DNA of 39,607 nucleotides, taken from assembly GCA_039794005.1 (NCBI GenBank), contig JBAMMA010000007.1:1-39607 (forward strand), in the 5' to 3' direction. The translations under genes and the position numbers were made by a program. The notes beneath the pieces were generated by a model, which worked only from the letters and a program-made list of their open reading frames with translations, was not told where the DNA came from and searched no databases. Of this stretch, positions 31,099-39,607 are shown one piece after another; position 1 is the stretch's first letter; each line of letters opens with the position of its first letter. This DNA is from Thermoplasmata archaeon (GTDB taxonomy: Archaea > Thermoplasmatota > Thermoplasmata > Thermoplasmatales > ARK-15).

Positions 31099-33117
31099 AT
31101 GGACGATGAGATGGTAAAATCATTGTGGAGGGACTTGTTCATTAAATATGAATACAATTTATTTTTAAATAATATATCCGATAATTACCCAGATGAAAAA
31201 TCTATTTTCATCGACTTCAATCATTTAAGAAAATTTAGTGAAGCGCTTGAAGAATTGACAATGAACGATCCAGAGAGGAGCATCACTTTGGCTGAATTTG
31301 CAGCAAAGGAAATCGCTGGCAGGGAGGATATTTCAAAGATTAACATTAGATTTAAAAATATACCTGATGACATGGTAAGAGAAATTAGATCCATTAGGAG
31401 TAAAAATATAGGTGAATTGATAGCAATTGATGGAATAGTCAGGCAGGTGACGGAAGTAAGGCCTAAGATAGTAAAAGCATCCTTTATGTGCTTATCATGT
31501 GGTGGAATAAATGAAAAATTTCAGGATTCAGACATTCTAGAAACTCCTTCGGTATGTGAAGTTTGTGGTAAAAAGAGAGGTGAGACAAAATTTAAACTAA
31601 TTGAAAAGGAGAGCGTTTTCATAGATACCCAGAGAATAGAGGTGCAGGAAAATACAGAAGACGTTCGAGGAGGAGAACAACCCCATAGAATTGTTGTATA
31701 CCTTGAAGACGATCTAACTGGAATAACTGTTCCAGGAGACAGGGTTAGAATAACGGGAATACTAAAGACAAAGCAGCGTCCAGGTAAAACGCAGAATACC
31801 ACCTTTGATGTTTATATACATGCTATATCAATAGAAGCAATGAAGGACGATTATAAATCAATTGAAATTACAGAAGATGAATTAATTAAAATAAAGGAAT
31901 TGGCAAAGGATCCTGATATTTATGAAAAATTAACCAGAAAAATAGCTTCTAGCATTTATGGAATGGATATTTTGAAGGAGGCTCTATTATTGCAACTTTT
32001 TGGTGGTGTAACAACTAGAAAATCTGATGGTACGAGGCTAAGAGGAGATATTCACATACTCTTGGTTGGTGATCCAGGTACTGGTAAGTCACAAATTTTG
32101 AGATATATTCACAATATTGCTCCAAAAAGCATATTCACATCTGGAAAAGGATCAAGCGCAGCCGGTTTAACCGCAGCAGCCACAAAGGATGAAATGGGTG
32201 AAGGTAGATGGACACTCGAAGCTGGGGCCTTAGTTTTAGCAGATAACGGAATTGCAATTATAGATGAAATTGACAAAATGGATGATAAGGATAGATCTGC
32301 AATGCATGAGGCCATGGAACAGCAAACAATAACAGTTTCAAAGGCAGGAATGAATGCTACCCTTATGGCAAGATGTTCAATACTGGCTGCGGCAAATCCA
32401 AAATATGGAAGGTTTGACATTTCCAAGCCCTTGGCAGACCAGATAAATCTACCGCCAACGCTATTGTCTAGATTTGATGCCATATTTACAATTACAGATA
32501 TACCGGGGAATAGGGACGAAGAAATAGCAAATAAAATTCTAGAGATGAGGTCAAATTTTGAAGAGGAGATAGTTAATGATGAAATAGATGATAATATTTT
32601 CAGAAAATACATTGCATATGCGAGAAAAAATATAAATCCAAAGATTTCAAGAGAGGCTTCTGAGATTTTAAAAGATTATTTTATAAAGATGAGGTCCTTG
32701 TACAATAAAACGAAGGTGGTTCCGATAACACCTAGGCAGTTGGAGGCCCTGATCAGGTTAACGCAGGCATCTGCCAGGGTGAGATTGTCAAAAATTGCGA
32801 CGGAGGAGGATGCAAGAAGGGCAATAAGAATTATACAACAATTCTTGGAACAAACAGCTTTGACAGAAGAGGGCATAATAGATATAGATAAGGCACAAAG
32901 CAATCTTGACCATAAAACAAGAAAGGTAAGCGAAATCATAGAGGATATTATTAAAAGCATAACTGAAACCGGTAGAGATGCTGAAATAAACGAGATAATT
33001 AAAGAGGCAAGCATTGAGGGGATTGACGAAAAAACTGTGAGGGAGACAATCAGTAAATTGATAGCTTCAAACAATCTATTCGAACCAAGGCCAAATAGAT
33101 ATAGATTCGTCGAATAA
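31099..33117 (+). CDS. mcm: Replicative helicase MCM (no intein)
   Basis: CLSC..CEVC zinc finger, GDPGTGKS, IDEIDKM, HEAMEQQ, SRFD, ITPRQLEAL. Confidence 0.97.
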   Translation: MDDEMVKSLWRDLFIKYEYNLFLNNISDNYPDEKSIFIDFNHLRKFSEALEELTMNDPERSITLAEFAAKEIAGREDISKINIRFKNIPDDMVREIRSIRSKNIGELIAIDGIVRQVTEVRPKIVKASFMCLSCGGINEKFQDSDILETPSVCEVCGKKRGETKFKLIEKESVFIDTQRIEVQENTEDVRGGEQPHRIVVYLEDDLTGITVPGDRVRITGILKTKQRPGKTQNTTFDVYIHAISIEAMKDDYKSIEITEDELIKIKELAKDPDIYEKLTRKIASSIYGMDILKEALLLQLFGGVTTRKSDGTRLRGDIHILLVGDPGTGKSQILRYIHNIAPKSIFTSGKGSSAAGLTAAATKDEMGEGRWTLEAGALVLADNGIAIIDEIDKMDDKDRSAMHEAMEQQTITVSKAGMNATLMARCSILAAANPKYGRFDISKPLADQINLPPTLLSRFDAIFTITDIPGNRDEEIANKILEMRSNFEEEIVNDEIDDNIFRKYIAYARKNINPKISREASEILKDYFIKMRSLYNKTKVVPITPRQLEALIRLTQASARVRLSKIATEEDARRAIRIIQQFLEQTALTEEGIIDIDKAQSNLDHKTRKVSEIIEDIIKSITETGRDAEINEIIKEASIEGIDEKTVRETISKLIASNNLFEPRPNRYRFVE

Positions 33118-33209
33118 TTTAAAATATTATAAAATATAATTGATTGAATTTATTTGAAAAAATCATAATTTTTATATTTATATTATTAAAATTATATTTA
33201 ATTTGACTT

Positions 33210-33884
33210 TTAAAATATATAATTTTTAAAAGAATAACAGGAATAATGTAATGCGGATGATGAAATATAGCTAGCTGTTAATAGTCCCAGAACATATCCA
33301 GGGTAAAGATCTTTGAACATTGCCGGTGAATAATATATTCTATTTTTTTCGATCCTTACCAGAGGAATATTCGCATTTCTTGTATTAACTTTTCTCAAAA
33401 ATATCGATTTTGAAAATAACAATTCTTTACTTTCTATGTTGAAAAATGTTCCTTGTGGAGTATAAAAGAAATTGTATTGGCCTCTAAAATCTGCAAGAAT
33501 ATCCCTTTTCTCATTCAACATACCTTCAAAATAATATGTATTCGAAAGTTCATTCGGTATTGATGATTCAAATATTATATCGTATTTAGATTCGTCCGGG
33601 TTTTCAACATGATTTATATTGTATTTTTCTAAAATATTTTCCAAATAAATTTTTCTTGAACAATAAAATTTGACATTGTTTTTACCTTTTTTACAAGCCT
33701 TTTTGTCATATTGAAAATATTCATCAAAGATTGTAGACATATTTTCCTTTTTTCCATGAAAATATGGATAATAGAAATCATAATGGTATTCTGGCAACTC
33801 ATAAAAATCGATTTGATAATGGTTCTTTAAAAAATTAATGAAACCTGCAGAGGGAAAATTTGAACCTTTAACCAGTATTTTCAT
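33210..33884 (-). CDS. Hypothetical protein, possibly a degenerate FAD/Rossmann-fold oxidoreductase
   Basis: N-terminus MKILVKGSNFPSAGFINFLKNHYQIDFYE resembles a beta-alpha-beta dinucleotide fold lacking GxGxxG; ATGA overlap with the upstream oxidoreductase. Confidence 0.55.
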   Translation of the reverse strand: MKILVKGSNFPSAGFINFLKNHYQIDFYELPEYHYDFYYPYFHGKKENMSTIFDEYFQYDKKACKKGKNNVKFYCSRKIYLENILEKYNINHVENPDESKYDIIFESSIPNELSNTYYFEGMLNEKRDILADFRGQYNFFYTPQGTFFNIESKELLFSKSIFLRKVNTRNANIPLVRIEKNRIYYSPAMFKDLYPGYVLGLLTASYISSSALHYSCYSFKNYIF

Positions 33885-35158
33885 AATACAAATTCCTCAT
33901 GGGGGACATTCCTATTCATAAATCCAAATGTATCAGATTTAATTCTTGAACTGTCATAAAAATCTACATATTCCCTATCTGAAAATATCGATTCGACTAT
34001 TCTTCCTATTGCATCACCCTTCATTACACCGCTTCCGCTTGTAACACCGGCATAAATCATATTCATTATCTTGAATATGTATGGTTGATCATCCCTTGTG
34101 CTGATCGAATATTGGCCAGCCCATGAAGAAAATATCCTCGCATCTTCCAGAATGGGGATATAAGCAAGTAAAACCGGTCTTATATTATATGCATAAAAAT
34201 TCAGTTCTGGCTGCGGATCATCCTCTAAAATTATGCTCCTCCCTATATCATCTGACATAGAAACCCTTAATGAATTCTCCTTTATTGATGGCCTTAAATA
34301 AACACCTTTTGGCAAAATGGTGAATGGTATAATTTTATCCTCTGATATTCCATAATCAGTATGCAATATTTTTTTTACGCTTTCGCCAGTTATCTGAAAA
34401 ATCTGTCTCTTTTTTGGTATTACGTAAGCGTCAATTCCAATGGGATATAATAGATTTGATGACCAAACATCTGTAGCCAAAACATAATAATCTGCCTTGA
34501 ATTCTCCTCTGTTTGTTTCAATGGTTCCAATTTTCTTATCTTGCCATGCGAAAGGTTCTCCCGGGTAATCCATCTTATTTATTGGCTCGAGATTCAATTT
34601 TTCGACTTTTGTATTAAACGAAAATTCAACCCCTAGCGATTTTAAATTTTCAAAATAGAATGAACTTACCAAGTCTGGTTCAAAAATACCACAGTTTTTT
34701 CCCAAAAAGCCGTATTCTATTTCATCAATTCCTATTATATTTGAAGACAATTCATCAGGCTTTAACCTTAAATTTGGATGCATATCCATGATTTTATCTT
34801 TATCTATAATTTCCGCCTTAGTGTTTTTAATCAATTTTTCAAATATCTTTTCATAACTTTTTAATGTTTTATTTTCTAAAAGATATAAATAACCTACAAA
34901 TTTCATGTCCAGATTGAATTTTAATTCATTTTGTACATGTTTATAAAATTCTATTGATGAATGGGCCAACATAAAATTGGGTTCGGAAGAAAATAAGTCT
35001 CTAAATCCTGCCGCTGCTCTAGATGTGTTTCCTTGTGCATATGTAGAATATTTGTCCACTACCAGAATATTAAGGTCCTTGTTTTTATTCTTTAAATGGT
35101 AAGCGGATGAAAGTCCCAATATTCCTGAACCTACCACTATGACATCATATTTTTCCAT
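33881..35158 (-). CDS. FAD-dependent oxidoreductase (DAO/sarcosine oxidase beta/proline dehydrogenase family)
   Basis: DVIVVGSGILGLSSAYHL, GNTSRAAAG, SWAGQY, SGSGVMK. Confidence 0.92.
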   Translation of the reverse strand: MEKYDVIVVGSGILGLSSAYHLKNKNKDLNILVVDKYSTYAQGNTSRAAAGFRDLFSSEPNFMLAHSSIEFYKHVQNELKFNLDMKFVGYLYLLENKTLKSYEKIFEKLIKNTKAEIIDKDKIMDMHPNLRLKPDELSSNIIGIDEIEYGFLGKNCGIFEPDLVSSFYFENLKSLGVEFSFNTKVEKLNLEPINKMDYPGEPFAWQDKKIGTIETNRGEFKADYYVLATDVWSSNLLYPIGIDAYVIPKKRQIFQITGESVKKILHTDYGISEDKIIPFTILPKGVYLRPSIKENSLRVSMSDDIGRSIILEDDPQPELNFYAYNIRPVLLAYIPILEDARIFSSWAGQYSISTRDDQPYIFKIMNMIYAGVTSGSGVMKGDAIGRIVESIFSDREYVDFYDSSRIKSDTFGFMNRNVPHEEFVL

Positions 35159-35244
35159 ACTGGTATTATAATATTCGGGGATTTAACCTTTATATTGTTA
35201 ATTTCAGGTAAAATTAATATAAAGAGGATATTATCAATGCAAAA

Positions 35245-36282
35245 ATGGCAGAAGATGTTGAAATCACAATAAAAAAATTGATAATAAATATGCTGGAATA
35301 TTCGTCAGACGTTGATTATCTAGGTATTATAGGTAATCCAGATGCAAATATATTGAAATTTAAACTAAAAAAATATAAAAAACTGAACGTTGAGATGTAT
35401 ATATTGGTGAAAATAATATTTGGAGAATTGGGAAATATAGAAGAGATAATAGATTTTGCAAGGTTATGTTCTACTATGGATAACATTGTTGATGCAATGA
35501 TATTTGTGTTGGGAAACATAAAGATATCTTTAGGGGAAATAGATGAAGATGGTTTTTATAACTATAAATATGGAAACATTTGCAATATCAGAATAATAGA
35601 TGGTGAGAAATTCAATTGTTTATTAGGAGAATACATATTTGAAATGCTAAAAATTGGAAAGAGGGATGAACTAGATTTCCTTGATAAAATTCTTTCAATG
35701 CAGGATGAAGATAAAAATGAGTATGGAATTCCCATTATAATAGGATCAATAAACAATGATGATAATGATAGAAAATTGATTAAAATTAAAAAAAGCAGAG
35801 CGGAGGTAATTTCAAATATCAATGATGATATTAAAAATATTAAATTGATTTACTATCCATATGCATTTATGAATTTTAAATTGGAGGTTTTAGAGACCGG
35901 GACAATCAATCCAATAAAATATAATGGTGTTGTTGCTGTAGATTTAGCAGATTATAATAAAAGATATATAATAAAAAATAACGTTGAAATAATAAATGAA
36001 AGGGAATTGGACAGGAAGTTGCTTGATTTTGAAATCGTTGAACCTGAATCAACAGACCTAGATGAATTAAAAAATATTGTTGTTAATTTTCTGATAAAGG
36101 AATTTACAGGAGATAGAGAAGAGAAAAGGGAATATGAATTTGCCACAGTCGTAAAAACAGTTCATACAACAGTCATTGAAGATTCAATATCTGTAGATTA
36201 TATAGATACATATTATTGGCCCTTCTGGATTGTGGAAACAAGTGATGAAAAAATAACTATAGATGCAACCAATTTAATATAA
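35245..36282 (+). CDS. Hypothetical protein, possible degenerate Mrr/restriction-endonuclease-like N-terminal domain
   Basis: IEEIIDF...AMIFV...IRIIDGEKFNCLL pattern recalls the end of Mrr_cat; C-terminal half has paired YYPY..F/YWPFW and VAVDL/ITIDA segments. Weak assignment. Confidence 0.5.
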   Translation: MAEDVEITIKKLIINMLEYSSDVDYLGIIGNPDANILKFKLKKYKKLNVEMYILVKIIFGELGNIEEIIDFARLCSTMDNIVDAMIFVLGNIKISLGEIDEDGFYNYKYGNICNIRIIDGEKFNCLLGEYIFEMLKIGKRDELDFLDKILSMQDEDKNEYGIPIIIGSINNDDNDRKLIKIKKSRAEVISNINDDIKNIKLIYYPYAFMNFKLEVLETGTINPIKYNGVVAVDLADYNKRYIIKNNVEIINERELDRKLLDFEIVEPESTDLDELKNIVVNFLIKEFTGDREEKREYEFATVVKTVHTTVIEDSISVDYIDTYYWPFWIVETSDEKITIDATNLI

Positions 36283-37404
36283 TAAAAGTTTTGGCTTTCT
36301 TATGATGGCATAAAAAATTATTGAAAATACACCTATTGAACCTATGTCAAAATATAATTGTGGTATGCTCCATGATGGAACCATCATTATTATGTATGGT
36401 CCTTGAATCGTTGAGGAATTAACTACCTGGTCTGTAATTGATACACTTCCTGCAGAACTTCCATATGCTAAGGTATAATAGTTTGTAAAATGTGAACTAT
36501 TTCCATCATCTACCCATTCCGTTATCCTGTAAGGGTCTCTAACAAAAAAACCAATACCTAAATCTGATGAATGTACTTCTATTGTCAAATCAATAATACC
36601 TTTGACAAGGCCATGAGTCGTTGGAATTACCGTTTCAATCCACGCATGCTGTCCCCAGCCATTCGAACCATATAACCAACCAAATTCAATCCATGCTGGA
36701 ATTCCAAGGGCCCTGGACATGGATGCATATAGGAATGAAAGTTCTGCACAATCCCCTGCTTTATTTTGCCAGGTTTGTACAGCAGACATGGGATTTTCTA
36801 TCGTGGAATATGTTAAATAATATTTGAAATTCTTAACTATATAACTATAAAGAGCATATTCCATTTCAAACACATTATTTGCATGTGCCTGTTCAACAAT
36901 TTCCCTAGATATGTTGACAAAATATGATGGATCTATTACTTCCTTGTTCCCTAAATATTCTGGATGGTCATACTCATTTTTAAGGTATTGGGGTATTGCA
37001 TTTAATCCCAAGCTATCATAAGGTGAAACAGGATATTGCTCTGGAGTGATATTGAATGAATAATTTATTAATATGTTGGATGATTCTGTAATGTTTATAG
37101 TGTACCATGTTCTATTATATGCGTGATTTATTTTATAACTATAATCGCCAATAAACGAAATGTTCGCCTTTTGATAACTAACATTCTGGAGAGGTAAAGT
37201 AACATTTAATTCTATGTGGCTTTTGGATATGGTCAATACAGTTATTTGCCTTATAAAATATCCCTTCACATAAGACGGATATGTTATTGCAAAGTATGAG
37301 GGAGGATTTTCAAAATAGTATGAAATATTTGGCAAGAATATTATTATTAAAACAATAAAAGATATAATAACATAAATTAAACCTATTAGATCAAATTTTT
37401 TCAT
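36274..37404 (-). CDS. Membrane-anchored transglutaminase-like (Cys-His-Asp) protein
   Basis: N- and C-terminal TM helices; GDCAELSFLYASMSRALGIPA, QHAWIE, IIDLT; likely start ATG 37404 after a GGTGA SD (ORF track starts at 37416). Confidence 0.88.
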   Translation of the reverse strand: MKKFDLIGLIYVIISFIVLIIIFLPNISYYFENPPSYFAITYPSYVKGYFIRQITVLTISKSHIELNVTLPLQNVSYQKANISFIGDYSYKINHAYNRTWYTINITESSNILINYSFNITPEQYPVSPYDSLGLNAIPQYLKNEYDHPEYLGNKEVIDPSYFVNISREIVEQAHANNVFEMEYALYSYIVKNFKYYLTYSTIENPMSAVQTWQNKAGDCAELSFLYASMSRALGIPAWIEFGWLYGSNGWGQHAWIETVIPTTHGLVKGIIDLTIEVHSSDLGIGFFVRDPYRITEWVDDGNSSHFTNYYTLAYGSSAGSVSITDQVVNSSTIQGPYIIMMVPSWSIPQLYFDIGSIGVFSIIFYAIIRKPKLLLY

Positions 37405-38053
37405 ATATACATTCACCCATCTTCTTTATTGAAACATAATAAAAAGGAATTACATAAATTATGTTCCATGAAAAATAGTATGTTTCAAAACCCCAAATAT
37501 ATGGCAAAAGTGTTATGAAATATAAGATCATAATCATGATTGAATCTTCGGTAATTTTCCTATTTTTTCTACATATACCGTAAGAAATGAGTGTTGTCGT
37601 AGAAACGTTAATGAATACCAAAGAAAATGAAAATATCAGAAGGCCAATATAATCGAAAAAATTTATATTATTATGTATATAAAAGTAATAGTATAATAAT
37701 GAAACTGAGAATGTTGTCCCCAAACCGCTTCCAAGGCCATAACCATAAAAAACGGTTTCTATTTTTCCCCAATATTTTTTCCTTTGATAGATTATAAATT
37801 TTAAAATTTCTAAATATATTGGGAATATTATTATGAAGATTATAGATAAATCCATGAAAGGATAAACGCCCGAGGATATCATAACGAAAATAAGACCAGA
37901 AATAAGACCTATTATCATTCCAGTCAAAATATTTTTTAAAATTCCTCTACTATATTCTTCATTTTTCAAGAATTTCCATAATATGTATATTGATACAAAA
38001 AAAGGGATAGCAGAAAAAATGCTCGAAATATCGAATAATAGATTTGAATTCAT
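37391..38053 (-). CDS. Multi-pass membrane protein, degenerate PrsW-like
   Basis: About 7 TMs; LEILK (cf. EExxK), YGYGLGSGLG (cf. YGxxxGxGFxxxE), NVSTT..ISYG (cf. HxxxT). Confidence 0.55.
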   Translation of the reverse strand: MNSNLLFDISSIFSAIPFFVSIYILWKFLKNEEYSRGILKNILTGMIIGLISGLIFVMISSGVYPFMDLSIIFIIIFPIYLEILKFIIYQRKKYWGKIETVFYGYGLGSGLGTTFSVSLLYYYFYIHNNINFFDYIGLLIFSFSLVFINVSTTTLISYGICRKNRKITEDSIMIMILYFITLLPYIWGFETYYFSWNIIYVIPFYYVSIKKMGECIYEKI

Positions 38054-38463
38054 GCGGTTGTCACTGTTATGGATATTTCCCTATTTCTTGGTCTAACATC
38101 AAGCTCAACCAAAAATATTGATTGCCATGTACCTAAGTCCAATTTCCCATTTATTATGGGGATACATAAGCTATTCTTAAGAAACATGGATCTTATATGA
38201 GACCGTCCATTACCGTCTCCCCATGTCATGTCGTGCCTATATTTTATATTATCGGGAACTATCTTTTTAATCATATCTTTAAAATCTTCAATGAGATTTT
38301 CATCGTTTTCATTTATTATAAAACCGGATGTTGTACTTTTTAAAAATATGTTACAGAGTCCATTTTTAACATTATATTTTCTAACGATATCATTGATCAA
38401 TCCTGTGATTTCTATAAATTCAAGTTCACCGTTTGTTTTTATGTTTAATTTTTCAAATATCAC
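38050..38463 (-). CDS. yjbQ: YjbQ/UPF0047 family protein
   Basis: STTSGFIINEND, YRHD..WGDGNGRSHIRS, LDLGTWQSIFLVELD. Confidence 0.93.
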   Translation of the reverse strand: MIFEKLNIKTNGELEFIEITGLINDIVRKYNVKNGLCNIFLKSTTSGFIINENDENLIEDFKDMIKKIVPDNIKYRHDMTWGDGNGRSHIRSMFLKNSLCIPIINGKLDLGTWQSIFLVELDVRPRNREISITVTTA

Positions 38464-38496
38464 AATTTATAATCAATTTAAACTTATATTAAAATT

Positions 38497-39261
38497 TCAC
38501 TTGAATTCTAATGAAACGATATCCATTTTTCTGGCATTCAATTTCATTGCCGCATTTCCACCATTTATTGCGATTTCTAGGTAATTTTCACTGTTTACCA
38601 GTAACATGAATTCTTCTTTTGATCCCTCGGAATATGATGTCCTGAACGTTAATTTATGTATTCCATTGTAATTTAAGAACATCTCTTCTCCATAGGAGAA
38701 TTTTATAATATCCCCTTTAATATTTAAAACAATATTACCAAATCTGTCTATGTGTATTATCGATGCTACTATCCTCTCCATGGAAAGAACTGGATTTGGA
38801 ATATTTAGAAATTTTATCTCGGATGTGTTTATCCTCTTCAAATTATCCGGCCATTGGTTCAAAGCTAATTTTATAGATGGAATGGTATACAAATATTTCC
38901 ACCTGTCAACGGGCCTCATTCCCTGAAAAGGTATTATTTCATATGCTTCTTTAATGTTTTCTTTGAGTAAGGTCAATATTCCATTGTTTGGTCCTACAAA
39001 GTAACCTTTGTCGAGTTTTACCACAATTCCCGGAACGATTGTACTTTGGCCAGGATCAATAATAACAAGGTGTACAGTATTATCTGGAAAATAAAAATAT
39101 GTATTTGATAATACATATGATGCATGCAAAACATCATATGGTTCAATATCATTAGTCAATTCCACGAAATTGACGTTTGCTGAAATAAGCATTCCCTTAA
39201 TAACTCCAGCATAATGTTCTTTTGAAGAAAAATCTGTTATTAATGATATCATTTCAACCAA
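38497..39261 (-). CDS. DUF62 (SAM hydrolase/halogenase family) protein with divergent active site
   Basis: SLITDF, YFPDNTVHLVIIDPG, FVGPNNG, HIDRFGNIVLN, NSENYLEIAINGGNAA; the TFHGRD motif is absent. Confidence 0.88.
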   Translation of the reverse strand: MVEMISLITDFSSKEHYAGVIKGMLISANVNFVELTNDIEPYDVLHASYVLSNTYFYFPDNTVHLVIIDPGQSTIVPGIVVKLDKGYFVGPNNGILTLLKENIKEAYEIIPFQGMRPVDRWKYLYTIPSIKLALNQWPDNLKRINTSEIKFLNIPNPVLSMERIVASIIHIDRFGNIVLNIKGDIIKFSYGEEMFLNYNGIHKLTFRTSYSEGSKEEFMLLVNSENYLEIAINGGNAAMKLNARKMDIVSLEFK

Positions 39262-39292
39262 CTCCCGGATCTTTAATTTACAATCTTAATAA

Positions 39293-39364
39293 AGCCACCG
39301 CCGGGGATCGAACCCGGGACCTCGTGCTTACCAAGCACGCGCTCCACCACTGAGCTACGGTGGC
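39293..39364 (-). tRNA. tRNA-Thr(GGT), intronless, CCA not encoded
   Basis: Reverse complement GCCACCGTAGCTCAGTGGTGGAGCGCGTGCTTGGTAAGCACGAGGTCCCGGGTTCGATCCCCGGCGGTGGCT; anticodon arm CGTGC-TTGGTAA-GCACG. Confidence 0.97.
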
Positions 39365-39607
39365 AGATATGAGAGATTATTTCCAAATCATATATGAAAT
39401 TATCCACATAACTAAATTTGTTGTTATAAAATTTTTGAATTTCATGTTTCATTTATATCCAGGCTTAGATTTTACATATTTCCTAAGAAAGATATATTCA
39501 GATTATTTCAATTATTTTTCAAACAAACAGCTAACAGAAGGCAATTTTTATATTATAAATTATATGAACAGAATTACTTCCAGAGAAATGGAAGAGATTT
39601 GATAAAA

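Noticed and set aside
1291-38584. Numerous 60-234-aa antisense ORFs (e.g. 17674-18141, 27701-28405, 31521-33074, 24628-26250)
   Set aside because: Shadow frames opposite well-supported genes, with F/S/I-rich composition typical of reverse-complemented coding DNA.
4449-39364. Two co-oriented tRNA-Thr genes flanking ~35 kb as attL/attR of an integrated element
   Set aside because: They are complete, distinct isoacceptors (CGT vs GGT) with different T-arms; the enclosed DNA holds essential genes and no integrase.
39360-39607. 80-aa ORF at the right edge; its tail MNRITSREMEEI resembles the start of an Nnr/YjeF protein
   Set aside because: The ORF overlaps the tRNA, and the resemblance is ~12 aa followed by a stop at the window edge; it cannot be supported without downstream sequence.
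1-39607. CRISPR array, cas genes, rRNA, inteins or tRNA introns
   Set aside because: No regularly spaced repeats seen; the only extended GC-rich islands are the two tRNAs and SRP RNA; MCM is normal length with contiguous motifs.

Overview
Very AT-rich archaeal chromosomal segment, most consistent with Thermoplasmata (thermosome beta-type subunit, ipk-fni pair, single-OB-fold SSB, TFTESGLP-type surface repeats). Most of it is housekeeping: rps8e-srp19, SSB, PRTase, ZPR1, fni, ipk, thermosome, an HD hydrolase, SRP RNA, MCM, malic enzyme, M32 carboxypeptidase and two intronless tRNA-Thr genes (CGT, GGT). Features missing from the ORF track are a surface-repeat gene running off the left edge (1-403), a heavily decayed IS481-like transposase (26425-27213), the SRP RNA and both tRNAs. 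Best novelty candidates: (i) a 1318-aa unknown-domain/STAND-like NTPase/TPR protein just downstream of tRNA-Thr(CGT), with an Avs/NLR-like layout; (ii) a transglutaminase-fold protein with Ser at the catalytic Cys position; (iii) a ~1590-aa multidomain type IV pilin/adhesin; (iv) a DUF62 protein lacking its catalytic motifs, in a gene string with YjbQ, a degenerate PrsW-like protein and an intact membrane-anchored transglutaminase-like protein. All family calls are by-eye motif recognition; no searches were run.
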